Shown here one piece after another: positions 1-10,789 of a stretch of DNA of 64,000 nt. The first letter of the stretch is position 1; the number at the start of each line of letters is the position of its first letter. Location of the stretch: positions 2,976,001-3,040,000 of the forward strand of contig JBLDXI010000054.1 of the NCBI GenBank assembly GCA_047495785.1, read 5' to 3'. Both the position numbers and the translations under genes were made by a program. Source of the stretch: Lepidodermella squamata (lineage: Eukaryota > Animalia > Gastrotricha). Under the pieces are notes generated by a model. The model saw only the letters and a program-made list of their open reading frames with translations, searched no databases and was not told the DNA's origin.

Positions 1-1736
1 GTTGGCAGTCCACTTTGGTATTTATATCAGCGGCCCACTTTTAATCAACTGTCATCCACCTTGCCATGTGATACCCTTAATCATTATTTAAGGCAGTTTC
101 ATATTTTTATTGACGCGAGATTATACCAACTAATTAGGGGTGGGCCGCTGAGTGTGGGCCGCCAACTTCCAAAAAGACCGTAAAAATAGAAGTTGGCGGC
201 CCACTTGTCAGCGGCCCACCTTGCCAATACACCAATCGATTTGCCATAACGTGACCATCACAAATCTATTTTCACTTCGTACCTATGACTTCGGTAACCG
301 GATTTATTTGTTATCGAACTTGAAAAGCAATATGCCTTTATAACAAGAAAATGAGTTCCGACATGTTACTGCTTTAAATGCTTAATCATGTTCAAACTAA
401 ATGAAAAACTGGGTAAATTGAGAAACGGTGCAAAAGCATGCGTTTTGCAGATGGCGCGATGTCGTGCTATAGTTTACGAAGGCTATCGTAATGGTCGCGG
501 CCGTTAAAGAAAATGTTCAATTCGGCCGCGTGTCCCTCTGGCGCCGCCACGACAGTCCTCGGGCCATTGTAACGGTGTATAATTATTCGTGCTCCATACA
601 TTTCGGCGATCGCGACGAGCGCCTCTTCGCCGGCGAACGAACCAGGTAGGGCCAAGTTGTCTACTACGTAGAAAAATTTGAAACTTTTAGCAAGGTAGAA
701 TATTGCAACTAACCCCATCCGTCGTAGTCGTCGTCCGAGACTTCGCCGCTCATCTCTTCTGCGAAAAATCCTCGCAGGAAGCCTTTCATTCGTGCCTTGT
801 TAATCCTGAAGTATTCTACCACGTCTTGACGCAGTTGAAGCGCCGAAATTAGCTGCTCGCATACGACAGCCAGCTGGTCCCCAACCGAGCCGAACAGGCA
901 TGACCCGTCACCTGCAATCTTTTTCAGGAAAAACTGTCTTTCTCGGAAATAACGCCTCAGCTCGCTTAGCGAAGGTCGGGGTGCTTCTTCAAAGGCTGGC
1001 GCAGCAGAGGCTGGCGCAGCAGAGGCTGGCACAGCAGAGGCTGGCGCGGTAGAGGCTGGTGCAGTAGGTGCAGATGAAGCCAAGTCAGTAGCAAAGCGTG
1101 TCGGGGCGGTTTCACGCGGACGCAAACGCTGGCTACGGGGCGCCACATCTTCGACCAGCTTCCTTGGTCTTCCACGACCTCTCTTTTGAGGAATCTGGGG
1201 TAATTCAGCCTGCGAAGGTTGCTGGTTTTCGCGTGCAATTTAGGATCACCTTGTCAACACGCGTTGTAGCCCGACATCGCGCCATCTGCGAAACGCACGC
1301 CTTTGCACAGTCTATCAATTTACACACTTGTTCCATTTAGTTTGAACATGATTAAGCGTTTAAAACATTGAAAAGTCGGGACTCCTTTTCTTGTAATAAC
1401 GGCATGTTATCTTTCAAATTCAATGACAAATAAAACCAGTTACTGAAGTCATAGGTACAACGTGAAAATAGATTTGAGATGGTCACGTCATGGCAAATCG
1501 ATTGGTGTATTGGCAAGGTGGGCCGCTGACAAGTGGGCCGCCAACTTCTATTTTTACGGTCTTTTTGGAAGTTGGCGGCCCACACTCAGCGGCCCACCCC
1601 TAATTAGTTGATATGATCTCGAGACAATAAAAAAATGAAACTGCCTTGATTAATGATCAAGGATATCACATGGCAAGGTGGATCACAAATGATTAAAAGT
1701 GGGCCGCTGTTATAAATGCCTAAGTGGACTGCCAAC
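1..1736. mobile_element. Non-autonomous long-TIR (foldback/Mutator-like) DNA element with ~470-bp inverted arms enclosing an OTU gene; the left end may extend beyond the window
   Basis: 1-~469 is a diverged reverse complement of ~1267-1736 (gttggcagtccactt... vs ...aagtggactgccaac). Each arm has internal gtgggccgc/gcggcccac inverted subrepeats. No transposase seen; TSD not visible. Confidence 0.75.
467..1285 (-). CDS. AT-hook + OTU-family deubiquitinase; predicted exons 1285-1250, 1209-714, 663-467
   Basis: GT-AG introns 1249-1210 (40 bp) and 713-664 (50 bp) join the frames. KRGRGRPRK AT-hook, Ala/Pro-rich linker, OTU Cys loop IAGDGSCLF and His loop GRDHYDSL. First exon is inferred. Confidence 0.8.
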
Positions 1737-1807
1737 TTCCGGCAGATTAATTTTTGTAATTTTGTTTAAAATCAGGATTGTTGAATTTGGGAAATCTGAT
1801 GACTTTC

Positions 1808-2233
1808 TGTGGCCGGTGGCGATATGTTAAATTAGGTTAAGGTCGTTGTAACACGTGTCAAGGTCGTTTCCTTTAGCAACGCTTATGATTCACCTTGTCA
1901 CGTGATCGCCACGCGGCGTGCTTTGCCATGTGCTCCTAGCCATGTGCCTTCTATCATAATAGTTTAGGTCAATTGTCATTTGTCACAATATGTTCTTATT
2001 ACCATCATCATTCAATTACTTAATTGGTGTCATTGTTATATCTATAGGAGTTCGATATTCTTGGTTACTTATATACATTTACCACTCTGATCATATCGTG
2101 TACCTCGAAGGTAATACTGTCAGTCTTCTGTTTATTATCATTGTTCATTACGTTTTATATTAAGGCCATTTATTTCAACTGCGATCAATAAAGAAGTGCA
2201 AACCAAGTCTCCGTCTTATTTGAGCCCGCAACA
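1808..2233 (+). repeat. 5' LTR (426 bp)
   Basis: Direct repeat of 7049-7474; starts TGT, ends ACA, contains AATAAA. Confidence 0.97.
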
Positions 2234-2235
2234 TT

Positions 2236-2248
2236 TGGTGGCCACTGG
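2236..2248 (+). promoter_or_regulatory. Primer-binding site, probably tRNA-Ile(AAT)
   Basis: TGGTGGCCACTGG starts 2 nt after the LTR and matches CCA plus the 3' end of the tRNA-Ile-like copy at 58855 with one mismatch. Confidence 0.7.
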
Positions 2249-2256
2249 TCGCTAGG

Positions 2257-3276
2257 ATGGCGCCGAAGAAGCCGAAAGCCACAGACCCACCAGAGAAGGC
2301 TGAAATAGACTGCGACATTCTAGCCAGCCTGCCCAAACAAGCCGATGACACCTCTGTCGAGGACTACCTTAAACACGCGGAGTGTTGGGGGAGACTTACT
2401 GGCAAGACGAGTCTACTGCCCAGAATTCTTCCCTTAAAACTCAACAAGGAAGCGCTGACTCTCATTGAAAGAATAACTAATGCCGAAGACCTTTCTTTTG
2501 CCGAGCTGAAGAAGCAATTATTGCAAAAATGTGGTATCGAGATGAAAATGAGGTTAGAATTGAACAGGTTGAAACAGTCCAATGGTGAGTCTATCACCGC
2601 CTTCTCGTCTCGGGTACGTAAGTCGGTTAATCGCGCTTATGGCGATGCGTCTCAGTCATTTCGACTTCGCGAAGCGGGAATATTTTTTGCCAACGGTTTT
2701 CAAGACAAAGCAATCGCGCAAAAACTGACCGAGATGTTATTACGAGAAGAAGTCACTTCCATTGACGACCTCGAAGAAGAAGCTCAGGTCATCCTGGCTT
2801 CACGCAATCTGGGTGGCGATTCGACAGCTTCGACAGTTATGGCGATGACCGGAACGGATGCTATGGCTCAACTGGAAAAACGACTGGCTGCGCTCGAAGT
2901 GGCTAAGCAAAACACAAGTTCGTCTTCAACGTTGGCTGCAATGCAGTCGAGCGTCACTTGTTTCCGTTGCGGCGGTGCTAACCACTATCAGCAACATTGC
3001 GCATTGAATCGAAATAGCAACAATGGCCTTCGAGGCAACGGCAGGGGCAACTTCCGTGGTGGTCGTGGTCGTGGCAATGGCAATCGTTCATGGCGAAAGC
3101 CAAACCACAATCAAGGTCAGCAATGGCAAGGTCAACAGTCTCAGTATCAACAACAGCCGCAGTATCAGCAGCAACCGCAGTACCAGCAACAGCATCAACA
3201 TCAGCAGTTCCAACACCAGTCTCAATATCAGCAGCAGCCTCAGCAGAACCAACAATCTTCTAATCGAAATTTCTAG
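2257..3276 (+). CDS. gag: Gag (capsid-like region, CCHC zinc knuckle, RG- and Q-rich tail)
   Basis: CFRCGGANHYQQHC knuckle; position right after the PBS. Confidence 0.92.
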   Translation: MAPKKPKATDPPEKAEIDCDILASLPKQADDTSVEDYLKHAECWGRLTGKTSLLPRILPLKLNKEALTLIERITNAEDLSFAELKKQLLQKCGIEMKMRLELNRLKQSNGESITAFSSRVRKSVNRAYGDASQSFRLREAGIFFANGFQDKAIAQKLTEMLLREEVTSIDDLEEEAQVILASRNLGGDSTASTVMAMTGTDAMAQLEKRLAALEVAKQNTSSSSTLAAMQSSVTCFRCGGANHYQQHCALNRNSNNGLRGNGRGNFRGGRGRGNGNRSWRKPNHNQGQQWQGQQSQYQQQPQYQQQPQYQQQHQHQQFQHQSQYQQQPQQNQQSSNRNF

Positions 3277-6200
3277 GCACAGTCGACGCCTCGTCGTCCA
3301 ACGATCGACTGTTCAACATCGACCGGCATGGTTTACTACGTACTAACATTTCTATATTAGATAATTCTTTTTCATGTTATATTGATACTTGTTCAAACAA
3401 TTCTTTCGTTTCGGAGAATTTCATTTCTAGGCTAGGTTTCAAAGTCGACGCTAGTTCGACGATTCTTATTAATCTCCCAAATGGCTCTCATGTAGCCACT
3501 AAAGGTATTGTAAATATTTCTTTCTTAATAGGCCAATCTACTTTCAATCACTGCTTTCATGTGTTTCCGCACAATAATTTCAGTATCTTGCTTGGTAATG
3601 ATTTTCTGCTCAATTCCGCTTTTGGCATTAACATAGAGTGCTCTAATCTTTTGTTATCTGTTCAGGGAATGAATAATATTCGCAGCACGGTTTCACTCTC
3701 TACGTCTGCTTTTACTAATGAATGTCTGTTTATAGAGGACGTTGGTTCTTCTTTGCACCCTGAACTCAGATCTAAATTGCACTCTATTCTGCGGAAGTAT
3801 GAATCTGTCTTCTCCAGCTCTCTTGGCTGTGTGACAGACCCTAATTTTTATCACAGGATTCGTCTCAGGAATCCTGATAAGCGTTTTTTCACTCCTAATC
3901 GCCATCTAGGTCCTTATAAACGAAATCAACTTAGGCTTCATATTGATCGTTTACTTAAAGAAAAGTGTATAGAAGTTTCAGACTCAGTTCATGCTTCTGC
4001 CTCAGTCATTGTGAGTAAGAAAGATACTGATAAGACTCGTCTAACGATTGACTATAGACCTCTCAATTTAGAGACTATTCCCGAATTTTGTTTGCCTCCT
4101 TCGTGGGATAGTGTGGTCGAGAGACTACATGGCTCTAGTCTTTTCGTTAAGATTGATCTCAAAGATGCTTTCTGGCAAATTATGCTCCATCCTGAGAGTA
4201 GAAAACTTACTGCATTTTGGGGCCCGGACGGTGAGAAATATGAGTGGGTCCGGATGCCTATGGGTCTTAAGAATCCTTCACACACTCTTCAGAAGTTAAT
4301 GAACAAAGTTTTCAGAGGCCTAGAGACCATCGTGGTCGACTTTCAGGACGACATCATTGTGCATGCTCCCACAGAAGAGTTGCTTCTTAGTAGACTTGAG
4401 CAAGTTCTGTCTCGTCTGGCACAGTGGGGCTTAGCTGCCAATGGTTTAAAGTGTAAATGGTTCGAGAAAGAGGTTCCTTTCTTAGGTAGAATCGTCTCTG
4501 GTGAGGGCGTGAAAGTTGATCCTCGAAAAACTGCTGCTATTCAAAATTTTCCTGTTCCTACTTCTCCATCAGCTGTTCGTTCGTTCTTAGGCATGACGAA
4601 CTTCGTATCTAATCATATTCAAAATTATGCTGACATAGCTTTGCCTTTGTTTGGCTTAACCAATGTAAATAATGTAGATTTTCGATGGGAGGATGCTCAC
4701 CAACAGTCTTTTGAGAGTTTGAAGAAGTGCTTGACCTCAGCTCCGATCTTAGCTTATCCTAATTTCAACTCCGAGTTCAAACTTTATGTCGATGCTAGCG
4801 ACAATTGTCTCGGCGCTTTTTTAGTTCAGACACAAAAGGGCAAGGATAGGTTAATCTCAGCTGCTAGCAAGGTTATGAACTCTGCCCAGCGTAATTACAC
4901 CGTTACTGAAAAAGAAGCTTTGGCTATTCACTGGGCAATCACAGACGAATTTAGAGAGTACTTGTTAGGTCGTCACTTCACTGTGTACACTGACCATCGT
5001 GCTCTTCTCTGGCTCCAATCTCTCAAGGATCCTAAGAAAAGGTTATGGCGTTGGATCCAAGAGCTCCAATTATTTGACTTCTCTATTATCCATCAGCCGG
5101 GGAAGCTGCAACCTGCAGATGCGCTTTCTCGTGTAAATAATTCTATTAATAATTCTACTTCAAATTCTCCAAATTTTCTATTTTTACCTACACTAAATTC
5201 TTTTTTTGGTATTTCTAATAATTTGATGTTTTTAACTACTGACGAGCACGTAGATTCATCGGTTTTGCTGGAAGCTCAGCTTAGTGATCCGGAACTTGGT
5301 AGGTATTTGCTTTGTTTGAGAGATGGTCTAGATATCCCGAGGGATTTATCTGAAGTTGAAATGATTTTGCATCAGTCTCGAGACTACATTACTAGGCACG
5401 AGAATGGACTTTTCTATATGTCTATGCGCGACTGCGCTGTATCTCGTCTTTGCCTAATTGTTCCTTCTAGTATGAGACAAGAAGTTTTGATGTTGTGTCA
5501 CAATGTGCCCTTAGCTGGTCATCTTGGTCGTGATCGGACCATTGAGAAAGTCAAAGATTATTTTTATTGGCCTCGTATGCATAAGGATATTAGGGATTAT
5601 TGCAAGGAGTGCGAGATCTGCCATTGCCAGAAGGCGGCTAACTTCGCAAAGAGACCTCCTTTGCGTTCTCTCTCATCTCGTGGTCCTTGGGAGCTAGTCT
5701 CCATGGATATTGTAGGCGAGATCAATCCACATTCTTTCCGAGGTCATAGATATATTTTGCTCTTTACTGACCATTACACTAAGTTCGCGCATGCTTATCC
5801 TTTAAGAGACATCACATCTGAGACCATTGTCAGGTGCTTGATGGACTTCATGTGTTTATTCGATTTTCCGACCATCCTGCTGAGTGATCAAGGTACTCAA
5901 CTTGATTCAGAACTTGTTAAAAAACTCAGCAATTTTTTTGGCATTAAAAAGATTCGTTCTTCTTCCTACCATCCACAGGGAAATAGCCAAGTTGAGCGAT
6001 TAGTGAGAGTAGTAAGTGATATGTTAGCGTCCGCTACCAAGGAGTTTGGCAACTCTTGGCACGTTTATCTTCCTCAAGTTATGCGTGCATACCGTACTGC
6101 TCTGCACGAAAGCACAGGTGTCTCACCTCATGAGGCAGTTTTTGGGTATCCGGGCAAAACAGCCGGTTCCTTCCTGCATTCTCCTCCTTCAAGTGTGCAG

Positions 6201-6857
6201 AAAATTGATCTATACGACCATGTTTCGATTACTAGAGAGCAGCTTCAGAATTTATACACAGCAATTGACCAAAATCTTCAAAAAACTTATCAAAATCGTG
6301 CTCAGTGGTACAACAAAAATTCTTATAATAGGTCTTTTTCAGTAGGTGATTTTTGTTATGTCGAAAATCTTCCGGTTCCTAGCGGCAAGTTTCAGTTTCG
6401 CTATAATGGACCGTACAAAATTGTAGGCACTGTACGTGGAAATTCTTATGCGTACATGATTGACATAGATGGCGAGATAAAAACAAAATCTATCTGGCAG
6501 CTCAAGCCTGCCGTAGCGCCAAAATTTGTTACACAGCCTACTACTTCGACTAACTCTATTGATCCTATGATTTTTGCCTCTTCTGTTACTAACCAACCTG
6601 TTGTAAATAACGAGTCTATTGTCACTAATCAGCCTATTCCTGTTGGCATTGTCACTTCTTTAACTGTTGTAAATACTGCTCATAACATTAATCCGTCTAT
6701 TAATCACGTTGATGTTTCTTCTTCTTCTTCTTCTTCTTCTTCTTCTTCTTCTTCCACGCAGCAGCCAGAGTCCGGTGCTAGCGGTATGAGTATTCGTCCT
6801 AAACGTAACGCAGGTTTGCCAGGTCGCTTTAAGGATTTTATAATGAGTATGTGGTAA
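3264..6857 (+). CDS. pol: Pol polyprotein (aspartic protease, RT, RNase H, integrase) in the -1 frame relative to gag
   Basis: Frame is open from 3264. Protease YIDTC...ILLGNDFL; RT IDYRPLN, RMPMGLKN, FQDD; RNase H VDAS...TDH; integrase H-H-C-C finger, SDQG and RYNGPY. Confidence 0.95.
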   Translation, partial: SKFLGTVDASSSNDRLFNIDRHGLLRTNISILDNSFSCYIDTCSNNSFVSENFISRLGFKVDASSTILINLPNGSHVATKGIVNISFLIGQSTFNHCFHVFPHNNFSILLGNDFLLNSAFGINIECSNLLLSVQGMNNIRSTVSLSTSAFTNECLFIEDVGSSLHPELRSKLHSILRKYESVFSSSLGCVTDPNFYHRIRLRNPDKRFFTPNRHLGPYKRNQLRLHIDRLLKEKCIEVSDSVHASASVIVSKKDTDKTRLTIDYRPLNLETIPEFCLPPSWDSVVERLHGSSLFVKIDLKDAFWQIMLHPESRKLTAFWGPDGEKYEWVRMPMGLKNPSHTLQKLMNKVFRGLETIVVDFQDDIIVHAPTEELLLSRLEQVLSRLAQWGLAANGLKCKWFEKEVPFLGRIVSGEGVKVDPRKTAAIQNFPVPTSPSAVRSFLGMTNFVSNHIQNYADIALPLFGLTNVNNVDFRWEDAHQQSFESLKKCLTSAPILAYPNFNSEFKLYVDASDNCLGAFLVQTQKGKDRLISAASKVMNSAQRNYTVTEKEALAIHWAITDEFREYLLGRHFTVYTDHRALLWLQSLKDPKKRLWRWIQELQLFDFSIIHQPGKLQPADALSRVNNSINNSTSNSPNFLFLPTLNSFFGISNNLMFLTTDEHVDSSVLLEAQLSDPELGRYLLCLRDGLDIPRDLSEVEMILHQSRDYITRHENGLFYMSMRDCAVSRLCLIVPSSMRQEVLMLCHNVPLAGHLGRDRTIEKVKDYFYWPRMHKDIRDYCKECEICHCQKAANFAKRPPLRSLSSRGPWELVSMDIVGEINPHSFRGHRYILLFTDHYTKFAHAYPLRDITSETIVRCLMDFMCLFDFPTILLSDQGTQLDSELVKKLSNFFGIKKIRSSSYHPQGNSQVERLVRVVSDMLASATKEFGNSWHVYLPQVMRAYRTALHESTGVSPHEAVFGYPGKTAGSFLHSPPSSVQKIDLYDHVSITREQLQNLYTAIDQNLQKTYQNRAQWYNKNSYNRSFSVGDFCYVENLPVPSGKFQFRYNGPYKIVGTVRGNSYAYMIDIDGEIKTKSIWQLKPAVAPKFVTQPTTSTNSIDPMIFASSVTNQPVVNNESIVTNQPIPVGIVTSLTVVNTAHNINPSINHVDVSSSSSSSSSSSSSTQQPESGASGMSIRPKRNAGLPGRFKDFIMSMW

Positions 6858-7048
6858 TTGTCTCATAGGAGTTATTCCATTCTATTGTTTTATGTTTGAT
6901 ATTTCTTTGTTGTTCATCGTCGTTCATTCTTATCTTTGATTTAGTACTTCATTCGTTGTCTATTCCGTTGTTAATGTCATTTTTGTTAAGTTTCTGCCAT
7001 TCATTCTTAAAAAGGAGGGATGTGTGTCTGATTTTTAAAAAGGAGGGA

Positions 7049-7474
7049 TGTGGCCGGTGGCGATATGTTAAATTAGGTTAAGGTCGTTGTAACACGTGTC
7101 AAGGTCGTTTCCTTTAGCAACGCTTATGATTCACCTTGTCACGTGATCGCCACGCGGCGTGCTTTGCCATGTGCTCCTAGCCATGTGCCTTCTATCATAA
7201 TAGTTTAGGTCAATTGTCATTTGTCACAATATGTTCTTATTACCATCATCATTCAATTACTTAATTGGTGTCATTGTTATATCTATAGGAGTTCGATATT
7301 CTTGGTTACTTATATACATTTACCACTCTGATCATATCGTGTACCTCGAAGGTAATACTGTCAGTCTTCTGTTTATTATCATTGTTCATTACGTTTTATA
7401 TTAAGGCCATTTATTTCAACTGCGATCAATAAAGAAGTGCAAACCAAGTCTCCGTCTTATTTGAGCCCGCAACA
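7049..7474 (+). repeat. 3' LTR (426 bp)
   Basis: Preceded by polypurine tract aaaaaggaggga; matches the 5' LTR. Confidence 0.97.
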
Positions 7475-7714
7475 CTTTCTTCACATGGCTTTCACATGGA
7501 AAGCCTTTCATGATTTTCGTTGCGGATTAATTTCCATGGTAGCAGAATGAATTACGAGAACGACGAGTTTGCTATAATTCAGAATCGTACTCGCTAATTA
7601 GCGCTGAATATTTGTCATATAAAAACGACGGTTTCGATTCAAATCAATACCAACACATTTTTCGCTTGTTTTCGATCTCAATCTTAACATTTTTCTCTCA
7701 TCCTAACGACAAAA

Positions 7715-8924
7715 ATGGAGGTAGGCAATTCCGTTCTCTTTATAGTCCTTTCAATCTGTTTTTCACGCCTTTTCCAGACAATCCAGAAAATTCTTCATCC
7801 CAAGTCGCTGTTCCAAGGCGAGCGAGTCGTTGTAGTCACCGGCGCTGATAAGGGCATCGGCTACGCGGTGGTGAAAAGCCTGCTGAAATCGAACCCGAAC
7901 TGGACCGTCTACCTGACATCTCGCGACGCCGACCGCGGCCAGGCTGCGGTGAGCCGCCTGCACGATGAAATCACGCTGACAGCCAAGTACCACCAGCTTG
8001 ACATCGACGATGCGGAAAGCATCAAGCGGTTCCGCGACCACATCCGCGAGAACCACAAGCACGGCATCCACATTCTGGTGAACAACGCTGGCATGTACCC
8101 GAATTTCATCTCGCAAGAATCGGAGATGAGAAGCTCGAGTGCAACCGAGCGTCGAGTCGAGCCAGAAGTTCTAGAGGCTGGCTCGGAAACTGGCGATCGG
8201 CGTCGCGATGACAAAAGGGATCAACAACGCCAAGAAAAAGAAGAAGTCAAGTTCCGTTTCGACCGCGACGCCTTCAAGTCTATCATCGAGAACAACTACT
8301 TCAGCACGTTGCGAGTTTGTCGCGAGCTGTTCCCGTTGCTGGGCGACAATTCAACGGTGATTTTCGTCGGATCTCGACTGGCTAATCTTTCGTTCATGGC
8401 GACCAAGGAGGACAAGCAACGGCTATTGCGAGGTTGCACACGAGTCGAGGACTGTTATAAGGTAAATTTGAAGTTTACTTACTCAATCGGCTGATTGTTT
8501 CGTTATTTAGTTGATGGAAGAACTGATGAACTCGGACCCCGAGAAGCTGTACAACCCAGAAGACCCGAACGACAACCGCGCATGGCTCGCCAAGTCGCCC
8601 GATACCGAGCTCATCCCCAACTACAAACTAGGCGCTGTCTATCCGTGGGCGATGGCCAAACTCGGTCTGTCAATCATCTGCCGTTTGTACCAGCTGCAGT
8701 TCGATGCCGAGAAGGTCGATCAAAACGTGCACGTTGTCACGTGCTGTCCTGGCCTTGTCAAGACTGACCTGAACCCAATGGGCGTTCGATCGCCCGAGCA
8801 AGGTGCCGACACGATTGTCTGGTGCACTGAGCAGCCGAAAGACACGCCCATTCGAGGCGTTGTGTGCGGTGATCGAAAAATGCTCGACCCGTTCGTTCTT
8901 CCCGAAGGCTCAACCATTTTCTGA
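7715..8924 (+). CDS. Short-chain dehydrogenase/reductase, carbonyl reductase-like; exons 7715-8461, 8511-8924
   Basis: VTGADKGIG, LDI, LVNNAG and CCPGLVKTD motifs; in-frame GT-AG intron 8462-8510. Confidence 0.88.
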
Positions 8925-9215
8925 AAATCACAAACGCTTCCTATTTTCTCTGCGGGCAAATCAAAGTCTTTGATTCCGCGCTATCATGCTTTTCATTATT
9001 ACAAATTATTACAAATTGTGGAACGATCCTGAAATAATAAAACTTGTTTGCAGCCATTTTATCATTGATTTTATCTCAGATCAAATGGAAAATTTGGTCC
9101 TGGGAACAACGCTGACTACCAATTATCGGCAATTTTTAAAAATTGTTGATCTTTTGAATTAGATTTATTAGATTAATCGCAATTTATTATAAAAAAATCA
9201 TTTTTTTCTTTTTCA

Positions 9216-10452
9216 TCAATCAAACGGTTTTTTATAGCCAAATAGTTCATAATCGATAGTGAAATGTTTTCGAATGACCTCATCCAACAGGCTTTTCCAC
9301 TCAGGTTCAATTAGCGACTTGTAATTCCGCTTGACCCGACTGGTTCGTTCATTGTCGTGCATAAAAGCATCGCGCCGACCTGAAATTATTCGTAGTATAT
9401 AATCTAGGTCACAGTCTGAATTGATGCCGTCCATTTCGCCAATAAAATCATAGTCGATAGCGCAAAAATTGCAAACATGCGTTTGAGGTCGCCAGTGGTG
9501 CTCCCATTCGAGGTAATTGCTGTCACTCGAGTTCAAGTAGAGAAGAAATTCCTCTAGTCTAACAGGGAAACCCTGAGAAATTTCGGCACTAGTCGCATTT
9601 TTACGAAATCGCCTCACGATGTCGCTCGCAATCGGCTGAAATTATTGGTGGAAATTGAGATATTGACAGAGAACGACATAAAGAATAAATGTACCCCGAA
9701 GATTCTAGAAGAAACGCTATCTTGGCCTTCAGAAAGTTCCTCCCGCCATGCCGATACAATGCGATCGAAAGGATCTCGAACAAAAGCGACCTTGCGATAG
9801 GTCGCCATGATGTGCATGGCGCGTTTCGGCCGGAACCGGCGCAAAGGTTGAAGACGCTGCGAGGGATTTCGGTCTAGGTATCGGTACATCTGCAGTTGCT
9901 GAGATCGGTTGAAGAAATACGAGTCGTCCAATATGCCAGCGAGTCGAAGAATATTACTCCTAACAGCCGTATTTCCAACCTTGGGAGTCCTTGGGAAAAT
10001 GTTAAATAAATTATATAAATAATTATATAAATTTTTGAATAAATTATATTAAATAATCAAATTAATATAATCAAATTAAAAAATCAAGTAATTTTTTTTG
10101 AAGAGCTGACTTACGCGCAATAGACGAGTTTAAACTTGTGATCGACAAAGAGATCGCCCCAAAATTGATGAAAATCTAAGGTGTAGTTTCGTCGTGAACG
10201 CTCAAATTCGGCCCAGTTCAGTCTGAAAATAGGCGCTGATGACTCATTTTTATTGCCGGATTTCAGCTGCAAACAAGCGTCTTTTATACGCTTTATTTTG
10301 GAGTTGGCTGTCGCCAGAATCACAGAATCAGCTTGACATTTTCTCGAAGCGATAACTACCCATTCAACGTTGTGATAAATGAACGTAAATAAGACCAGGC
10401 TCAGTAACGCAAGCACGATAGGGCTCGTCAATTTGATTCGAAACTGATGCAT
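9216..10452 (-). CDS. Carbohydrate sulfotransferase (CHST8-14/HNK-1ST, Sulfotransfer_2 family), copy 1, 3 exons
   Basis: Type II TM anchor; YC..PKVGNT 5'-PAPS loop; FVRDPFDRIVSAW 3'-phosphate motif; HWRPQ..C..C...YDFIG. Confidence 0.88.
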
Positions 10453-10789
10453 TTATAGTTTTAATAAATTGCATTTTTCTGCTAACTTTTTAAGTAAGAA
10501 AAATCAACCTAAAAACCTAAGTATTGCGATCGGACGCTTAAAAAAAACAAAATAGCGAAAACAATATTTTGCTTCTCTTGAAGGCAATCCGGTGGGCGTG
10601 CGCTTGGGAAGACAAAAATTACGTTTTAGCCTGAATCGTGGATGAAATTTTCCTCATTTAATTTCGGGAAATATCGGGCAGTCCGTTTTTCTTGGTCAAA
10701 ATTACTTGTCCCAAGTTTCAAAATATCCGAGTTAATATAGGGTCAGGGGGAATTTCGCTCAAATGGTAGCTCCAAAGTTTCTTTCTTGA

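Larger units (their letters stand above)
1808..7474 (+). mobile_element. Full-length Ty3/Gypsy LTR retrotransposon
   Basis: TG...CA LTRs 1808-2233 and 7049-7474 look identical. 5-bp TSD CTTTC (1803-1807, 7475-7479). PBS and PPT present; gag then pol in PR-RT-RH-IN order. Confidence 0.97.

Noticed and set aside
152-1585. Paired ORFs MWAANFQK... as duplicated genes
   Set aside because: They are GTG-started readings of the two inverted-repeat arms.
6716-6753. (TCT)n repeat and the poly-Arg ORF on the minus strand
   Set aside because: A simple microsatellite encoding poly-Ser in the low-complexity tail of pol.
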